Shown here one piece after another: positions 14,925 through 15,851 of a DNA stretch of 15,851 nucleotides. Numbering within the stretch: position 1 is the first letter of the stretch; the number at the start of each line of letters is the position of its first letter. A model generated the notes under the pieces. That model was not told where the DNA came from, did not search any database, and was given only the letters and a program-made list of their open reading frames with translations. A program made the position numbers and the translations under genes. This DNA comes from a virus: the IMG/VR virus record IMGVR_UViG_3300045988_113302; one strand, written 5' to 3'.

Positions 14925-15554
14925 ATGTATAAGAAAGACTATCATCCAGACGAAAATTTAATTTTTGAGACAGAACACTATCAGTTTCCGGTGTCCAAGA
15001 GTACCACGGAAGACCCCGATCTTGAAAGAACTGTAAAAATCGACGAAGCGCTATACGATGAAGCAAAAGTAAGGTTAAACGAAGATACAAAACTAAACAA
15101 AAAAATTGATGATGAAACCAAAAACAGAGAAAACGCTGACCAGTCGTTGGAATCAGAAATCTATAAAATAACGCCAAGTATCAAATTTTTGTATTTTGGT
15201 AAAGATGATTTTACCACGTTAAGCGGTTCTCCGGCAAATGTAGAAGTTTATATAACAATGCTAAAGATAAATGATATTATTATTATGTTTCATAGAGTTA
15301 TATTTACTGGGAATGCTCCAAGTAATTTTATTTCTTACACTGCACAACTAGATCTGACAAAAGTAATACAGAGCGGCTACAAGGTAAGCAATTTTACTAT
15401 ATGGCAATCTTTAATACACAAAGACGATAACATTTTAGCTACTCGTAGCAATAATATACAAATTATAAACAATAATAAATATCTGTACTACCAAACGCAA
15501 GAACCTACTGGATGCGTTTTTTGCGGTACTACAATTTGCATGTTATCGGAATAA
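14925..15554 (+). CDS. Second putative fibre / receptor-binding protein (209 aa)
   Basis: RBS GAGAGGAG. It is the terminal gene of the structural block, with a short charged helical segment followed by a very AT-rich C-terminal domain. Its stop codon TAA (15552-15554) forms the first three bases of ITR-R. No motif was recognised. Confidence 0.45.
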   Translation: MYKKDYHPDENLIFETEHYQFPVSKSTTEDPDLERTVKIDEALYDEAKVRLNEDTKLNKKIDDETKNRENADQSLESEIYKITPSIKFLYFGKDDFTTLSGSPANVEVYITMLKINDIIIMFHRVIFTGNAPSNFISYTAQLDLTKVIQSGYKVSNFTIWQSLIHKDDNILATRSNNIQIINNNKYLYYQTQEPTGCVFCGTTICMLSE

Positions 15555-15851
15555 GTTATCCACAGCAAACAAGTGTTCGATAGTGTTCGCCCACCAGAGA
15601 CAGGTTGTGTCCGCGGTGGACGGACACTTTTTGTTTTAATTGTATATACAATTATGATAAATTGTTCTATTGTCTGGTTTCAACAAAATCAATAGTAAAA
15701 GTGCATAAAGTTTTTACATATATTTGTGCAATATTACTATTGACATCTTATGATTGATCAAGTTTCCCGTAGCGAATTTAATATCTGAAAATCGAACAAG
15801 TGTTTGTATTTTTGGGGAAAACAGTGTCCGCGGTACACGGACTATGTAACT
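15552..15851. repeat. Right inverted terminal repeat (ITR-R), 300 bp
   Basis: Exact reverse complement of 1-300. Confidence 0.95.
15607..15637 (+). terminator. Rho-independent terminator of the rightward transcription unit, embedded in the ITR
   Basis: GTGTCCG-CGGTGGA-CGGACAC (7-bp GC-rich stem) is followed by TTTTTGTTTT. The mirror copy at 225-245 would stop only leftward (minus-strand) transcription. Confidence 0.75.

Noticed and set aside
675-15177. All minus-strand ORFs in the track (for example 675-968, 3218-3532, 5757-6014, 10306-10617, 13367-13965, 14005-14481, 14833-15177)
   Set aside because: Each lies fully antisense to a well-supported + strand gene. They lack Shine-Dalgarno sequences and have odd, hydrophobic or Cys-rich compositions typical of shadow ORFs.
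1-15851. CRISPR arrays, integrase or recombinase genes, a lysogeny repressor, and transposase or IS elements
   Set aside because: I saw no array of regularly spaced direct repeats. No ORF carries integrase, transposase or CI-like motifs. Apart from the degenerate in-frame 21-bp periodicity in the fibre gene, the only repeats are the ITRs, the 18-bp palindrome family and the promoter/leader cassettes.

Overview
The window appears to be a complete 15,851-bp linear dsDNA genome of a small phi29-like podophage that replicates by protein priming. It is bounded by perfect 300-bp inverted terminal repeats (1-300 and 15552-15851). All credible genes are on the + strand. In order they are: Amidase_3 endolysin, a small hypothetical, a putative terminal protein coupled to a protein-primed family-B DNA polymerase, and five small early ORFs, four of them behind two sigmaA-like promoters. 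Then come an acidic-tailed SSB-like protein, a roughly 310-nt structured non-coding region, a holin, tRNA-Gln(UUG) and a gp16-like packaging ATPase. The structural block follows: tail lysozyme, scaffold, major capsid, gp9-like tail knob, gp10-like portal, lower collar and two fibre/appendage proteins. No integrase, repressor or CRISPR array is visible, which suggests a virulent phage. The host is probably a low-GC Firmicute, judging by GGAGG ribosome-binding sites, TTGACA/TATAAT promoters and the holin and amidase families. Five things are not explained by ordinary annotation. (1) The 5881-6192 gap folds into three closed helical domains with a bulge/loop kissing pair and may be a pRNA analogue. 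(2) An 18-bp perfect palindrome, ATGTTTCACGTGAAACAT, occurs four times, three at gene ends and one in frame inside the polymerase gene. (3) A genome this small carries a tRNA. (4) GC content shifts sharply between modules. (5) One fibre protein has a heptad coiled coil whose core positions are Phe and Trp. All homology statements come from motifs I recognise by eye, not from searches.
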